IMG/VR virus record: IMGVR_UViG_3300037479_000620
Location: 1 to 41,607 of that record
DNA length: 41,607 bases
Direction: 5' to 3' (one strand)
From: a virus
Lineage: Duplodnaviria > Caudoviricetes
This document shows, piece by piece, positions 1 to 8,706 of the stretch. A program made the position numbers and the translations under genes. Under the pieces are notes generated by a model. It made no database searches. It was not told the DNA's origin and saw only the letters and a list, made by a program, of their open reading frames with translations. Position 1 is the stretch's first letter; each line of letters begins with the position of its first letter.

Positions 1-360
1 ATGGTGCCCACTGACTCACTCAAAAAAGCGGCCCTCCGCCGCTCACGAAACGACCCGCCGGCCTCGGATTGGCATCCGGCGGACGTCAAGGCCGCGCTCG
101 AGAAAGCGGGCTGGACGCTCCGTCGCCTAGCCAAGGATATCGGCTACCACGACCACAGCGCGCTCGCCCGCGCTCTCTATCAGGCCGCTCCGGTCGCCGA
201 GCGAATTATCGCTCAGGTCCTGAAGAAGGCGCCGAAAGAAATCTGGCCGAGCCGCTACGACCACGCCGGCCGCCCCAAGGGGCGAATCCGGCCCGACCGC
301 GATCCTCTGACTATCACGCGCCAGCGGCTCGGTCATGTCCTCAATGGAGGCGCGGTCTAG
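1..360 (+). CDS. ner: Ner/Nlp-family DNA-binding regulator
   Basis: DWHPADVKAALEKAGWTLRRLA...AERIIAQVL...EIWPSRY is the Ner signature; lies upstream of the transposase. Confidence 0.9.
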   Translation: MVPTDSLKKAALRRSRNDPPASDWHPADVKAALEKAGWTLRRLAKDIGYHDHSALARALYQAAPVAERIIAQVLKKAPKEIWPSRYDHAGRPKGRIRPDRDPLTITRQRLGHVLNGGAV

Positions 361-559
361 CCATGCGTGTGTATGCGGGGCCGGGGGGCCGCCATCCGAA
401 TCCGATCGAGTGCTCAGCCCGCGCTGCGCCGCTCCTCCCCACGCGCGGGCGCCTGGCTGCCGGGGATGCCGCCCGCAAGGGCGGGCTTACGGGCGAAGCC
501 TTGCTTCGCCAAAAGCTCGCGGCTTCGCGAGCGTCCGCCGCTCCGCACGGGGGCGCGTG

Positions 560-1054
560 ATGGCGAAGAAGCCCGATCCCCGGCAGCCTTCTTTGTTCGA
601 TTCGCAGCGCGAGGCGCCGCGGCCGGGCTCGATGGGCTTCACCGCCGAGCTGCGCAGCGCACTGGCGCGGGCGATCAAGGAGTGCCCGAAGAGCCGCGCG
701 ATCATCGCCGCCGAGATGACCGATCTCGTCTTCGGCGAAACCGCCGGCGACGACGGCCAGATCACGGTCGATCAGCTCAACGCCTGGACGGCGCCCTCGC
801 GCACGCCGTGGCGCTTCCCGCTCGAGTATCTGCCGGCCTTCGTCGAGGTGACGAAGGCCTTTTGGCTGCTCGACATCATCGCCGAGCGCTGCCGCTGCCG
901 CGTGCTGTTCGGCGAGGAAGCGAAGCTCGCGATCGTCGGGGCCCTCCAGCACCAGCGCGAGCGTCTCCGCGCCGTCGAGGAGAACCTGAAAAGCCGAATC
1001 GATCCGAGCGCCGCCGAGCGCCTGTTGAAACGAACGGGCGGAGGGCGGCCGTGA
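560..1054 (+). CDS. Putative phage regulatory (CII-like) DNA-binding protein
   Basis: MAKKPDPRQPSLFD...SRAIIAAEMTDL...ITVDQLNAWTAPS...FPLEYLPAF; typical position after ner; ATG 560 overlaps upstream TGA. Confidence 0.6.
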   Translation: MAKKPDPRQPSLFDSQREAPRPGSMGFTAELRSALARAIKECPKSRAIIAAEMTDLVFGETAGDDGQITVDQLNAWTAPSRTPWRFPLEYLPAFVEVTKAFWLLDIIAERCRCRVLFGEEAKLAIVGALQHQRERLRAVEENLKSRIDPSAAERLLKRTGGGRP

Positions 1055-1060
1055 TGCGAG

Positions 1061-1486
1061 TCAATGCGGGTTATCGAGGGGCACGAACTGAAGCCGCTCC
1101 GGGTCCAGCTTTTCAGCGAGGTCAATCCAGCTGGCGGCCAGCAGGTTCGACCAATAGCCCTTCTCGTCGGGCGGGAATGCCACCAGCATCGATGGCCTCT
1201 CGCGCATCAGCTTCTGAGCCTTCCTCTTCGCGTCGCGCAGGAAGTACGCAGCCGCGTCGCGGTCGCTCGCGGCGAGATCCGCGAACAACGCCGGATACAG
1301 CCGGCCCTCGCGGAAAAGGCCAGCCACGATTCGAGTGTGCGCCGCATACGGGTCGGCCGGTCGCGCGCGTTTCCGGTCGAGATCGACACCGAGTGCAGCC
1401 GCGAGACCATCGATCTTTGCAACCACCTCGATCGGGTACTGCCACCAAAGGTCGCGCGGCTCAAAAACGCGGGGGCGAACGATCAT
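1061..1486 (-). CDS. Hypothetical protein on the antisense strand
   Basis: 141 aa with normal globular composition, unlike the Arg/Pro-rich overlapping + frames; fills the gap before MuA. Confidence 0.65.
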   Translation of the reverse strand: MIVRPRVFEPRDLWWQYPIEVVAKIDGLAAALGVDLDRKRARPADPYAAHTRIVAGLFREGRLYPALFADLAASDRDAAAYFLRDAKRKAQKLMRERPSMLVAFPPDEKGYWSNLLAASWIDLAEKLDPERLQFVPLDNPH

Positions 1487-1514
1487 CGCGTCACGCTAGC
1501 ACGCGGACGGGGAA

Positions 1515-3461
1515 TTGGGGAGGGCGCTCGTGGGCGAAGGCTCGCGCTTGATCTCGGTGATGCAAATGGCAACCGCGCTATCGATCACGCCTCGCGCCGT
1601 CCGGCTCCGGATGCAGAACGCGCCGCGCGCGCGCCTGCCTGGCCGCGGCGCACCGCAGGGCTGGCCGCTCGAGGCGTTCCCGCTCGATTGGCAGGCCCGC
1701 TATCGCGCAGCCGGGGCAGTCCCTGCGCCGCCGCCAACCAATGATCGGGGCGCCGCGAGCAACCAGTCCCTGCATTGGGAGCTGTTCCGCCGCAAGCCGG
1801 AGCGGATTCAAGCGATCGCTGGCGCGCGCGTTCGCGCCGTCGAGGATGTGTGCTCCCTTGCGCCAAAGGGCGTCCGCGCCGCGCTGCGCGCCGTCGCGAA
1901 AGCGCGCCGGATCCCATGGCAGACGTTGAACCGCTGGTATCAGCGCGTTCGGCGCGTTCCGCGCAGTGATTGGGCGCCGGCCCTGGCACCCTCTTGGTCG
2001 GGCGGCGGCAAGGCGGCCGAGTGCAGCCGCGATGCGTGGGAATTCTTCGTCTCCGATTACCTGCGGGCCGAACGGCCTGCCTTGTCGGCATGCTACGAGC
2101 GACTGCGGCGTGCCGCCGCCGAACACGGCTGGGTCCATCCCTCGATCGGCGCAATGCGCCGCAGGCTCGCGCGCGAGGTGCCGCGACGCGTGCGCATCCT
2201 CGGCCGCTTCGGCGCCGAGGCGCACAAGGAGACAATCCCGCATCAGATTCGCGATCGCAGCGGAATGCGCGCGCTCGAGGCGGTCAACGCCGACGGCCAC
2301 ATCCACGACAACCTCGTGCGCTTCCCCGACGGCGACTGCTGCCGGCCGGTCACCGTGTTCTTCATGGATCTCTACTCGAACAAGATCCTGGCCTGGCGCA
2401 CCGACAAGACCGAGAGCGCGGGCCTGGTGCGGCTGGCCTTCGGCGACGTGCTGGAAAAGTTCGGCATCCCCGAGCGGGCTTACATCGACAACGGCCGCGC
2501 CTTCGCGTCGAAATGGATGACCGGGCGGATGCCCACCCGGTACCGCTTCAAGGTGAAGGAGGACGAGCCCGAGGGGCTGTTTTCGCTCGTCGGCACGAAG
2601 GTCACCTTCCAGCATCCGGGCAACGCACGCTCCAAGCCGCAAGAGCGCGCTCATCGCGATCTCTGCGAGAGCGTGGCGAAATCGCCGAAGCTCGCTGGCT
2701 CCTGGACCGGGAACTGCGTCGGCAACAAGCCCGATTATGAGGCCAGCGGGATCAGGGCCGTCGATCTGGCACTCTTCGAGCGCGTGCTGGCTGAGGAAAT
2801 CGCGGCACACAATGCTCGGCCGGGGCGCCGCACGCCGGTCGCGGCGGGGCGCAGTTTCCAAGACGTGTTTGCCGAGAGCTACGCCGCCAGCGCCGCGCTG
2901 ATCCGCCGCCCGACGCAAGCGCAACGCGCGCTGTGGATGCTTGCGGCCGAAAGCGTAACCGCATCGCGGCGCGACGGCTCGATCGAGCTCTTCGGCAACG
3001 TCTACTGGTCGGAGACGCTGGCCGCGATCGCCGGCGACAAGGTCACGGTGCGCTTCGACCCCGAGCGGCTTCACGGCGAGGTTCAGATCTACGCCGCTGA
3101 CGGGCGCTTTCTCGGGACGGCCGAATGCCGCGAGGCGGCGGGCTTCGGCGATGTCGACAAGGCACGCGAATACAACCGCTGGCAGCGCGCGAAGCAGCGC
3201 GCAGACCGCGAAGCGCTGGCAGCGGCCCGCAAGATGGACGCGCTCCTGCTGTCCGAATTGCTGCCGGGCGCGCCGGATGCCGCGCCGCCGGCGGGCAAAG
3301 TCGTGCGCGGCGATTTCCGCAAGCCTTTGGACGAGCAGCGCGAGCAGCGCGCCGCGCGCGTCGAGAACCTGCAGCAGCGCCTCGACGCGTTCAACGCCGC
3401 GCTGATGGCCGACATCGAAGACGAGGAGGAAGAACGCCGGCGCCGCCGGGGCGCCGCCTAG
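1515..3461 (+). CDS. MuA-like DDE transposase (start uncertain, may be ATG 1560)
   Basis: N-terminal HTH, NADGH, YIDNGRAF and SKPQERAH catalytic motifs, Mu C-terminal domain (VTVRFDPERLH). Confidence 0.96.
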   Translation: MGRALVGEGSRLISVMQMATALSITPRAVRLRMQNAPRARLPGRGAPQGWPLEAFPLDWQARYRAAGAVPAPPPTNDRGAASNQSLHWELFRRKPERIQAIAGARVRAVEDVCSLAPKGVRAALRAVAKARRIPWQTLNRWYQRVRRVPRSDWAPALAPSWSGGGKAAECSRDAWEFFVSDYLRAERPALSACYERLRRAAAEHGWVHPSIGAMRRRLAREVPRRVRILGRFGAEAHKETIPHQIRDRSGMRALEAVNADGHIHDNLVRFPDGDCCRPVTVFFMDLYSNKILAWRTDKTESAGLVRLAFGDVLEKFGIPERAYIDNGRAFASKWMTGRMPTRYRFKVKEDEPEGLFSLVGTKVTFQHPGNARSKPQERAHRDLCESVAKSPKLAGSWTGNCVGNKPDYEASGIRAVDLALFERVLAEEIAAHNARPGRRTPVAAGRSFQDVFAESYAASAALIRRPTQAQRALWMLAAESVTASRRDGSIELFGNVYWSETLAAIAGDKVTVRFDPERLHGEVQIYAADGRFLGTAECREAAGFGDVDKAREYNRWQRAKQRADREALAAARKMDALLLSELLPGAPDAAPPAGKVVRGDFRKPLDEQREQRAARVENLQQRLDAFNAALMADIEDEEEERRRRRGAA

Positions 3462-3470
3462 AAACGCCGA

Positions 3471-3493
3471 GGGCGGCGCTCGTAACGCCGCCC
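3471..3493 (+). terminator. GC hairpin between MuA and MuB (possible attenuator/processing site)
   Basis: GGGCGGCG-CTCGTAA-CGCCGCCC; only a weak U tract follows. Confidence 0.35.
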
Positions 3494-3548
3494 CCGGTTT
3501 CCGCCGGGCCGAGAGGCCCAACGACAGGCTGGCAAGTGAAGAAAGGAT

Positions 3549-4553
3549 ATGGAACTCGTGACCAACACACAACCGGCTTCCGCGCCGGGCGGCGACGACG
3601 CGCCGCTCCCTCAGCCCGTCGCCATCCGCGGCTCCGCGCTGCGCGCGCTCGTGCGCGACATCATGGATCAGCGCGGCATCACGCAGGCCGATCTCGCCGC
3701 CGAGATCGACTACAGCCCGAGCACGGTCAATCTCTGGCTGAAGGACCGCTACAACGGCGATCGCGAGGCGGTCGAGGCCGAGCTCGGCAAGTGGGTCGCG
3801 CGCAACGCCGACGACGATCAGATCGGCGCCGCCGCCGAGGCGAACCCCTTCGTCGAAACGCCTTCGGCCCGCAGCTACTTCGACGTGCTGCGCTACGCGC
3901 AGAGCACCGGGCGCCTCGGCCTCATCTACGGCTCGTCGGGCGACGGGAAGACGACCGCGTGCAAGGAATACGCGGCGCAGCGCCCCAACGTCTTCATCAC
4001 GCGCGCGGCGCCGTCGAACAGCGGGCTGTTCTACGCGATCCGCTCGATCGCGCAGGATCTCGACGTGGCCAAGCCCGGGCGCGGCGCCTCGGAGCTCAGC
4101 GACGCGATCATCGCGAAGCTCGCGCCCTCGAAGGGCCTGCTGATCATCGACGAGGCCGATTTCCTCTCGCCGGCGGCGGTCGAGCAGCTCCGGTACATCC
4201 ACGACGTGACGAAGATCGGCATGGTCTTCGTCGGCAACTACGAGCTCTACGCGCAGCTGAAGGGCAACGGCAAGCGCGAGGTGGCGCTGGCGCGCATCTA
4301 TTCGCGCCTCGGCAAGAGCCAGCTCTCGAATTGCCGGCCGGGCGACGTTGACGCGCTCGCCAAGAGCCTCGGGGTCACCGCGCGCGACCAGGTGGCGAAG
4401 CTCCGCGCGATCGCGGAGCGGCCGGGCCACCTCGGCAATGTCGTGCAGGCGGCGCGGCAGGCGCAGCGCGTCGCCCGCAAGATGGGCCAGCCGCTCTCGG
4501 TCGAGCACATCGAGCTCGCCTGGGCGTCCTTGGGCGCGGCGAGGTCGTCATGA
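3549..4553 (+). CDS. MuB-like transposition AAA ATPase with N-terminal HTH
   Basis: HTH (ITQADLAAEIDYSPSTVNLWL), Walker A GSSGDGKT, Walker B LLIIDEAD; SD AAGGA. Confidence 0.95.
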   Translation: MELVTNTQPASAPGGDDAPLPQPVAIRGSALRALVRDIMDQRGITQADLAAEIDYSPSTVNLWLKDRYNGDREAVEAELGKWVARNADDDQIGAAAEANPFVETPSARSYFDVLRYAQSTGRLGLIYGSSGDGKTTACKEYAAQRPNVFITRAAPSNSGLFYAIRSIAQDLDVAKPGRGASELSDAIIAKLAPSKGLLIIDEADFLSPAAVEQLRYIHDVTKIGMVFVGNYELYAQLKGNGKREVALARIYSRLGKSQLSNCRPGDVDALAKSLGVTARDQVAKLRAIAERPGHLGNVVQAARQAQRVARKMGQPLSVEHIELAWASLGAARSS

Positions 4554-4891
4554 GCGGCCCCGGCAAACCGCTTCCGCTCCGCGGCCGCGGCGGCTCGACG
4601 ACGGTCGGCGCGCGGATCGCCGCCGGCCTCGCGGCGCAATCCGGCCCGCCCGTCGTGGCGGCCGGCTTCCTCGAAGGCTGGGTGCGCGACGCGATCGACA
4701 CCGCCGACGCGGCGCGCGCCGCGCTCGAGCGCGGCGAAGCCGGGCGCGCGTGGGAATTCCTCGAAGGTCTCCGCACGCGCGCGATGCAGCAGGCCACGGA
4801 GGCGCCGTCGCAGCGCCAGGGCGCTGCTTACGGCGAATCGCGGCAAATGCCGCGATTCGCCCCGAAGCTCTCCGAAGGAGAGCGTCCATGA
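4550..4891 (+). CDS. Hypothetical protein
   Basis: ATGA overlaps at both ends; C-terminus is encoded by a repeat element. Confidence 0.6.
   Translation: MSGPGKPLPLRGRGGSTTVGARIAAGLAAQSGPPVVAAGFLEGWVRDAIDTADAARAALERGEAGRAWEFLEGLRTRAMQQATEAPSQRQGAAYGESRQMPRFAPKLSEGERP
4807..4886. repeat. Type example of the triple-hairpin element
   Basis: GTC GCAGCGCC-AG-GGCGCTGC TT AC GGCGAATCGCGGCA-AA-TGCCGCGATTCGCC CCG AA GCTCTCC-GAA-GGAGAGC GTC. Confidence 0.9.
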
Positions 4892-5157
4892 AGTGCGCCT
4901 TGATCCTCGCCCTCTTCATCGACAACGGCCTGGTGTCGTCGGTGCGCGAGCGCTCGATGGGCGCGTTCGACACGCTCGGCGAATGCCGCGTCGCGGGGCA
5001 CGCCGCGCTGATCGAGGCCGCGCCGCTGGTGCGCGGCAACGTCCGCCGCATCGAGGTCTACTGCGAGTGCCGCGGCAGCCCCGACGTCATCGTCGGGCGG
5101 GCGCCGGCGCACCGCCGGGGCGTTGCTTCGAGGCTCTTTGGAGGAGAGCCGCGATGA
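4888..5157 (+). CDS. Hypothetical protein
   Basis: MKCALILALFIDNG...; SD GAAGGAG; ATGA coupling. Confidence 0.6.
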   Translation: MKCALILALFIDNGLVSSVRERSMGAFDTLGECRVAGHAALIEAAPLVRGNVRRIEVYCECRGSPDVIVGRAPAHRRGVASRLFGGEPR

Positions 5158-5762
5158 CCGAAACGCCCTCCAACCTCATCCGCACGCCGGCGCAGGTGGC
5201 GCAGGCGATGCGCTACGTCGCCGAGCGCGTGGCGATGGTGCGCGGCCTCGAGCCGACGCTCTACGCGACGCTGCTCGGCACATGGGCCGAAATCCTCGAA
5301 GGCGCCCCGCGCGCGCCCTTGCCCGAAGTCGCCGCCGATCGCCTCGATCTCGCGACCGAGATCGAGACGACGGCCGACGCGATCGCCGCCGAGTGCATGG
5401 TCAACGGCGGGCGCTTCGAGCTCGGGCACGGCGACGCGCCCGGCTTCATCGCGTGGCTGCGCGAGATCGCGCGGCAGGCGGCGGTGCTGCAGGTCCGCGC
5501 AGCGGGGTTTCACTTCGATCCGGCGCTTCCGCCGCCGCCGGCCCCACATCCGGACGACATCGTCCCGGGCCTCGAAACCGGCGCGGGCGATCCCGTCACC
5601 TTTGCGCTTCTGGACCGCCTGCGCGAGCAACGCGCGCAGCGCGTGCCCACGCGCCCGTGCGACACGGACGTTCGGCCCTTGGCCGAACTTACGGCGAAGC
5701 GGCCCACGGCCGCTTCGCCCCCAAGCACGGCCCTGCCGTGCGACACGGAGGACCCGCGATGA
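5154..5762 (+). CDS. Hypothetical protein
   Basis: MTETPSNL...; SD GGAGG; ATGA coupling. Confidence 0.65.
   Translation: MTETPSNLIRTPAQVAQAMRYVAERVAMVRGLEPTLYATLLGTWAEILEGAPRAPLPEVAADRLDLATEIETTADAIAAECMVNGGRFELGHGDAPGFIAWLREIARQAAVLQVRAAGFHFDPALPPPPAPHPDDIVPGLETGAGDPVTFALLDRLREQRAQRVPTRPCDTDVRPLAELTAKRPTAASPPSTALPCDTEDPR
5667..5744. repeat. Second complete triple-hairpin element with different stem sequences
   Basis: GAC GTTCGGCC-CTT-GGCCGAAC TT AC GGCGAAGCGGCC-CAC-GGCCGCTTCGCC CCC AA GCACGGC-CCT-GCCGTGC GAC. Confidence 0.9.
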
Positions 5763-6343
5763 GCCAATCCCGCCCCAACGGAAGACCATACACCGGCAAG
5801 CTGCCGCCGGGCGTGCCGCCGCTCGCGCCTTACGCGCCGCTGCCAGCGCCGTCGCCCGTGCCGCAACACTCGATATCCCCGGTTCTCAGCTGCGGCGTGT
5901 CGTACCGCTTCGGCATGCTCGCGATGCCGACGCTTCGCGTAGCCGGCGGAGCTTTTTCGGCTCGCGCGGTTCCCGAGGGCTGCTGCTCATTCGAGGAGAT
6001 CGTCCGTGCCGTTCTCGGCGCGTGGCCCGACATCAAACGCAACGAGCTGTTCTCGCCGCGGCGCTCGCAATACTGCACGCGCCCGCGCCTGGCGCTCTAC
6101 GCGCTGCTGAAGGAGTTCACGCGGTGGTCCCTCCCGCGCATCGGCAACGCTGTCGGGGGTCGCGACCACACGACCGTCATGAGCGGCCTCAAGCGGGTCT
6201 CGGAGCTCGGCGCCGAGGACGCCGATTTCGCGGCGTCATTCGCCACCGCGCGCGCGGTCTGCCTGGCGCATGTCGAGTCGCGCGCAGCCGCGGAGCGCGC
6301 CCGGCTCCAATGCGAGACCGACGCGGAAGGCGGCGCGCCATGA
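5759..6343 (+). CDS. DnaA C-terminal-like HTH protein
   Basis: ELFSPRRSQ...PRL.LY.LLKEFT.WSLPRIGNAVGGRDHTTVMSG matches the DnaA domain IV signature. Confidence 0.85.
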   Translation: MSQSRPNGRPYTGKLPPGVPPLAPYAPLPAPSPVPQHSISPVLSCGVSYRFGMLAMPTLRVAGGAFSARAVPEGCCSFEEIVRAVLGAWPDIKRNELFSPRRSQYCTRPRLALYALLKEFTRWSLPRIGNAVGGRDHTTVMSGLKRVSELGAEDADFAASFATARAVCLAHVESRAAAERARLQCETDAEGGAP

Positions 6344-6566
6344 CCGGCGCCAGCCACGTCTCCCGCCTGGGATTTGATGGCCGCCCTTGCGCGGCTGACC
6401 GCCGAATTCCCGCAGCTCGCCGAGGCGGCGCTCGTCGTCAGGCTCGACTGCGGCTGCGAGTGCACGTTGACCGCCCAGCTCCGCGGGCCTGGCGACAATC
6501 GACGGCCTGCTGCTGCGCGCGCTTGAGGAGCGGAAGCCGGCGCCCGGAAGAGCGGAGGCCCCTGCA

Positions 6567-6665
6567 ATGAAGCAGCTTCGTTACCTCGGCCAGGTCGCGC
6601 TGCTCCTCGCGGCGCTCGGCGCCTGCCTCGCGATCCCCTACATCCTCTTCGGGGGCGCGCCATGA
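6567..6665 (+). CDS. Small single-pass membrane peptide (32 aa)
   Basis: MKQLRYLGQVALLLAALGACLAIPYILFGGAP; SD GGAGG; stop overlaps next ATG. Confidence 0.5.
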   Translation: MKQLRYLGQVALLLAALGACLAIPYILFGGAP

Positions 6666-6919
6666 GCAAGATCGCGCCGCCGCCCACTGCCGGCGACTTC
6701 ATCGACACCGCCTGCGCGCTCGCGGGCGATATTTCGCCCGACGTGCGCTCGGCGATCGCCGCCACCTGGCCGGCCGACGCGCCGCACGCCGCCGTCGTCG
6801 CTCACCTGCTCGCCGTCATGCTCGTCGACGTGCGCGCCGCGGTTTCGAGCGGCTTCATCCGCGCGAAGCACCAGCCCGCCCCTCTGCCGCCCAAGCCGCC
6901 CGCGCCACACGTCACTTAA
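6662..6919 (+). CDS. Hypothetical protein
   Basis: 85-aa ORF in operon context. Confidence 0.55.
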   Translation: MSKIAPPPTAGDFIDTACALAGDISPDVRSAIAATWPADAPHAAVVAHLLAVMLVDVRAAVSSGFIRAKHQPAPLPPKPPAPHVT

Positions 6920-6931
6920 AGGGAGATTTGA

Positions 6932-7558
6932 ATGGGTCGTAAAACGCCGAAGAAGACCGCGCTCGCCTATCCGCCGCCGGCGACGCAGGAAGACGCCGAC
7001 GAGATGCTCGGCGGCATCGGCGAATGCTGCCGCCTGATCGAGGTGCTGGCTGCCGAGGCCGAGGGCGAGATCGCCGCCATCGTCGCGCGCCACGCTCCGA
7101 GGCTACGGCTCAACGCCGAGAAGGTGAAGGCGAAGTTCAAGGCGCTCTCGCGCTGGGCGCACGACAAGCGCCCGCAGCTCTTCGCCGGCGAGAAGAAGAG
7201 CCTGGCGCTGCCGCAGGGCCGCTTGGGCTTCCGCGACACGCCGCCGAAGGTGGCGCTCGAGGAAGGCGCCGACGAGGAAGCGATTGCGGCCGAGCTGCTC
7301 GCGCGCGGCCTCACCGACCTGGTGCGCCAGACGGTGAAGCTCGACCGCCAGGCGATCATCAAGAATCCCGAGCGCATCCCGGCCGACATCACCGCGATCG
7401 ACGTCGAGGGCGGCGAGGTTTTCTTCGTCGAGCCGATCGGCATCGATCTCGAAAAGACGAAGCTGACCAAGAAGGTCGAGCTCGCGGAGAAGCTGAAGCT
7501 CACCGCCAAAGCGCGCCCGCCGAAGGCCGCCGCCGGCGCGCCAACGGGGGCAGCGTGA
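6932..7558 (+). CDS. gam: Host-nuclease inhibitor Gam (DNA end protection)
   Basis: Coiled N-terminus, KKSLALPQGRLGFRDTPPKV and LVRQTVKLDRQAI...EVFFVEP pattern of the Mu Gam family. Confidence 0.88.
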   Translation: MGRKTPKKTALAYPPPATQEDADEMLGGIGECCRLIEVLAAEAEGEIAAIVARHAPRLRLNAEKVKAKFKALSRWAHDKRPQLFAGEKKSLALPQGRLGFRDTPPKVALEEGADEEAIAAELLARGLTDLVRQTVKLDRQAIIKNPERIPADITAIDVEGGEVFFVEPIGIDLEKTKLTKKVELAEKLKLTAKARPPKAAAGAPTGAA

Positions 7559-7782
7559 TGCTGACCGACCTCGGCGAGAAGGAATGCGCGCGGCTCGACG
7601 GCGCGATCGGCGAGGCTCTCGACCGTATCGGGGGGGGCAAAGCCGAAAAGCTTCACTTCCTCTCGCGGCTGCTCCGCGCCGAAGCGAAGAGAAGCCCGCT
7701 CGCCGCGTCGTTCATGCCCGGCGCCTGGCCGTTTCGCGCGCACAGGACGCTCGCCGATCTCGACCGTGAGGTGACGCGGTGA
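7558..7782 (+). CDS. Hypothetical protein
   Basis: MLTDLGEKEC...; TGATG coupling. Confidence 0.5.
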   Translation: MLTDLGEKECARLDGAIGEALDRIGGGKAEKLHFLSRLLRAEAKRSPLAASFMPGAWPFRAHRTLADLDREVTR

Positions 7783-8405
7783 AACCTGTTCAGCTCGACC
7801 TGCTCGACGCACCGCAGGGCCGTGCTTCTGGAGAGCCGCGCCACGGGCGCGGTTCTCCCCAAAGCTCGCCGGCTTCGGCGAGCGTCCGCCACTGCAAGAT
7901 CTGCGGCCTCTGCGATCCGCTGCCCGAGGGCGTGAGCTGGGCCACGAACACCCGCTGCAGCAATTGCGTCGGTGGCGCAGGCGCCACCTTAGGGCGAAGC
8001 GAAGCTTCGCCAGAAGCGAGCCCCTTGGCGAGCGTCGCGCGCGCCGCTTACCAGACGGAGCCGTGCCCGGTGAAGGGCTGCCGCGGCTGGCATCATCCGC
8101 TGGCGACGATGTGCGACGCGTGCAAGACGCTGCTGCCCGAGGAGCTGCGCCTCGCGCTGATGCGCGCCGCGAGCATGGAGCGCCGGCCGCAGCTCGCCGA
8201 GCGATACGGCCCGCTCGATCGGCCGGCGCTGCAGAAGCAGGCGATCGAGGCCGCGTCGGCCCGCAGGAGCGGGCCTTCTGGCGAAGCGAAGCTTCGCCCC
8301 GAAGCTCGCCCCTCGGCGAGCGACCGCGTTTCACGTGCAACAGGGCCGGTCGCGCCGCCGGCGCGACCTTCGGGAGAATCGGGGCACGGCCCCGGTTCTC
8401 CATGA
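7779..8405 (+). CDS. Cys-rich (zinc-ribbon-like) hypothetical protein carrying four in-frame repeat elements
   Basis: CKICGLC...CSNC and CPVKGC...CDAC motifs separated by repeat-encoded low-complexity segments. Confidence 0.6.
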   Translation: MKPVQLDLLDAPQGRASGEPRHGRGSPQSSPASASVRHCKICGLCDPLPEGVSWATNTRCSNCVGGAGATLGRSEASPEASPLASVARAAYQTEPCPVKGCRGWHHPLATMCDACKTLLPEELRLALMRAASMERRPQLAERYGPLDRPALQKQAIEAASARRSGPSGEAKLRPEARPSASDRVSRATGPVAPPARPSGESGHGPGSP

Positions 8406-8423
8406 GATTGCGGAGCATCGACA

Positions 8424-8699
8424 ATGTCGCACCGCGCGCCGCCGTCGAACGTGTTCGCGCCGACGTTCTTCCGCACCCCCGAGGATCAGGCGGTGCTCGA
8501 CGCGGCCGACGAATACGTGCGCGGCCCCGCGGATGGTCACAAGGCGCAGCGCCGGCACCGCCTGCAGAAGGCCGTGCTCGAGCGCTGGTGGTCGAAGCAA
8601 AGCTCGCCGCTCGCCAAGCGCCGCGCCGCCATCCTGTCGTCCGCCGGAGCGGCGGACTTACGGGCGAAGGGCAATCGCCCTTCGCCAGAAGCTCCGTAG
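8424..8699 (+). CDS. Hypothetical protein
   Basis: 91-aa ORF, SD GGAG. Confidence 0.5.
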   Translation: MSHRAPPSNVFAPTFFRTPEDQAVLDAADEYVRGPADGHKAQRRHRLQKAVLERWWSKQSSPLAKRRAAILSSAGAADLRAKGNRPSPEAP

Positions 8700-8706
8700 G
8701 AGCGTC

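Noticed and set aside
363-560. 65-aa ORF between ner and the CII-like gene
   Set aside because: No SD, largely repeat-encoded; too weak to call
1578-4508. 976-aa minus-strand ORF
   Set aside because: Antisense shadow of MuA/MuB in high-GC DNA
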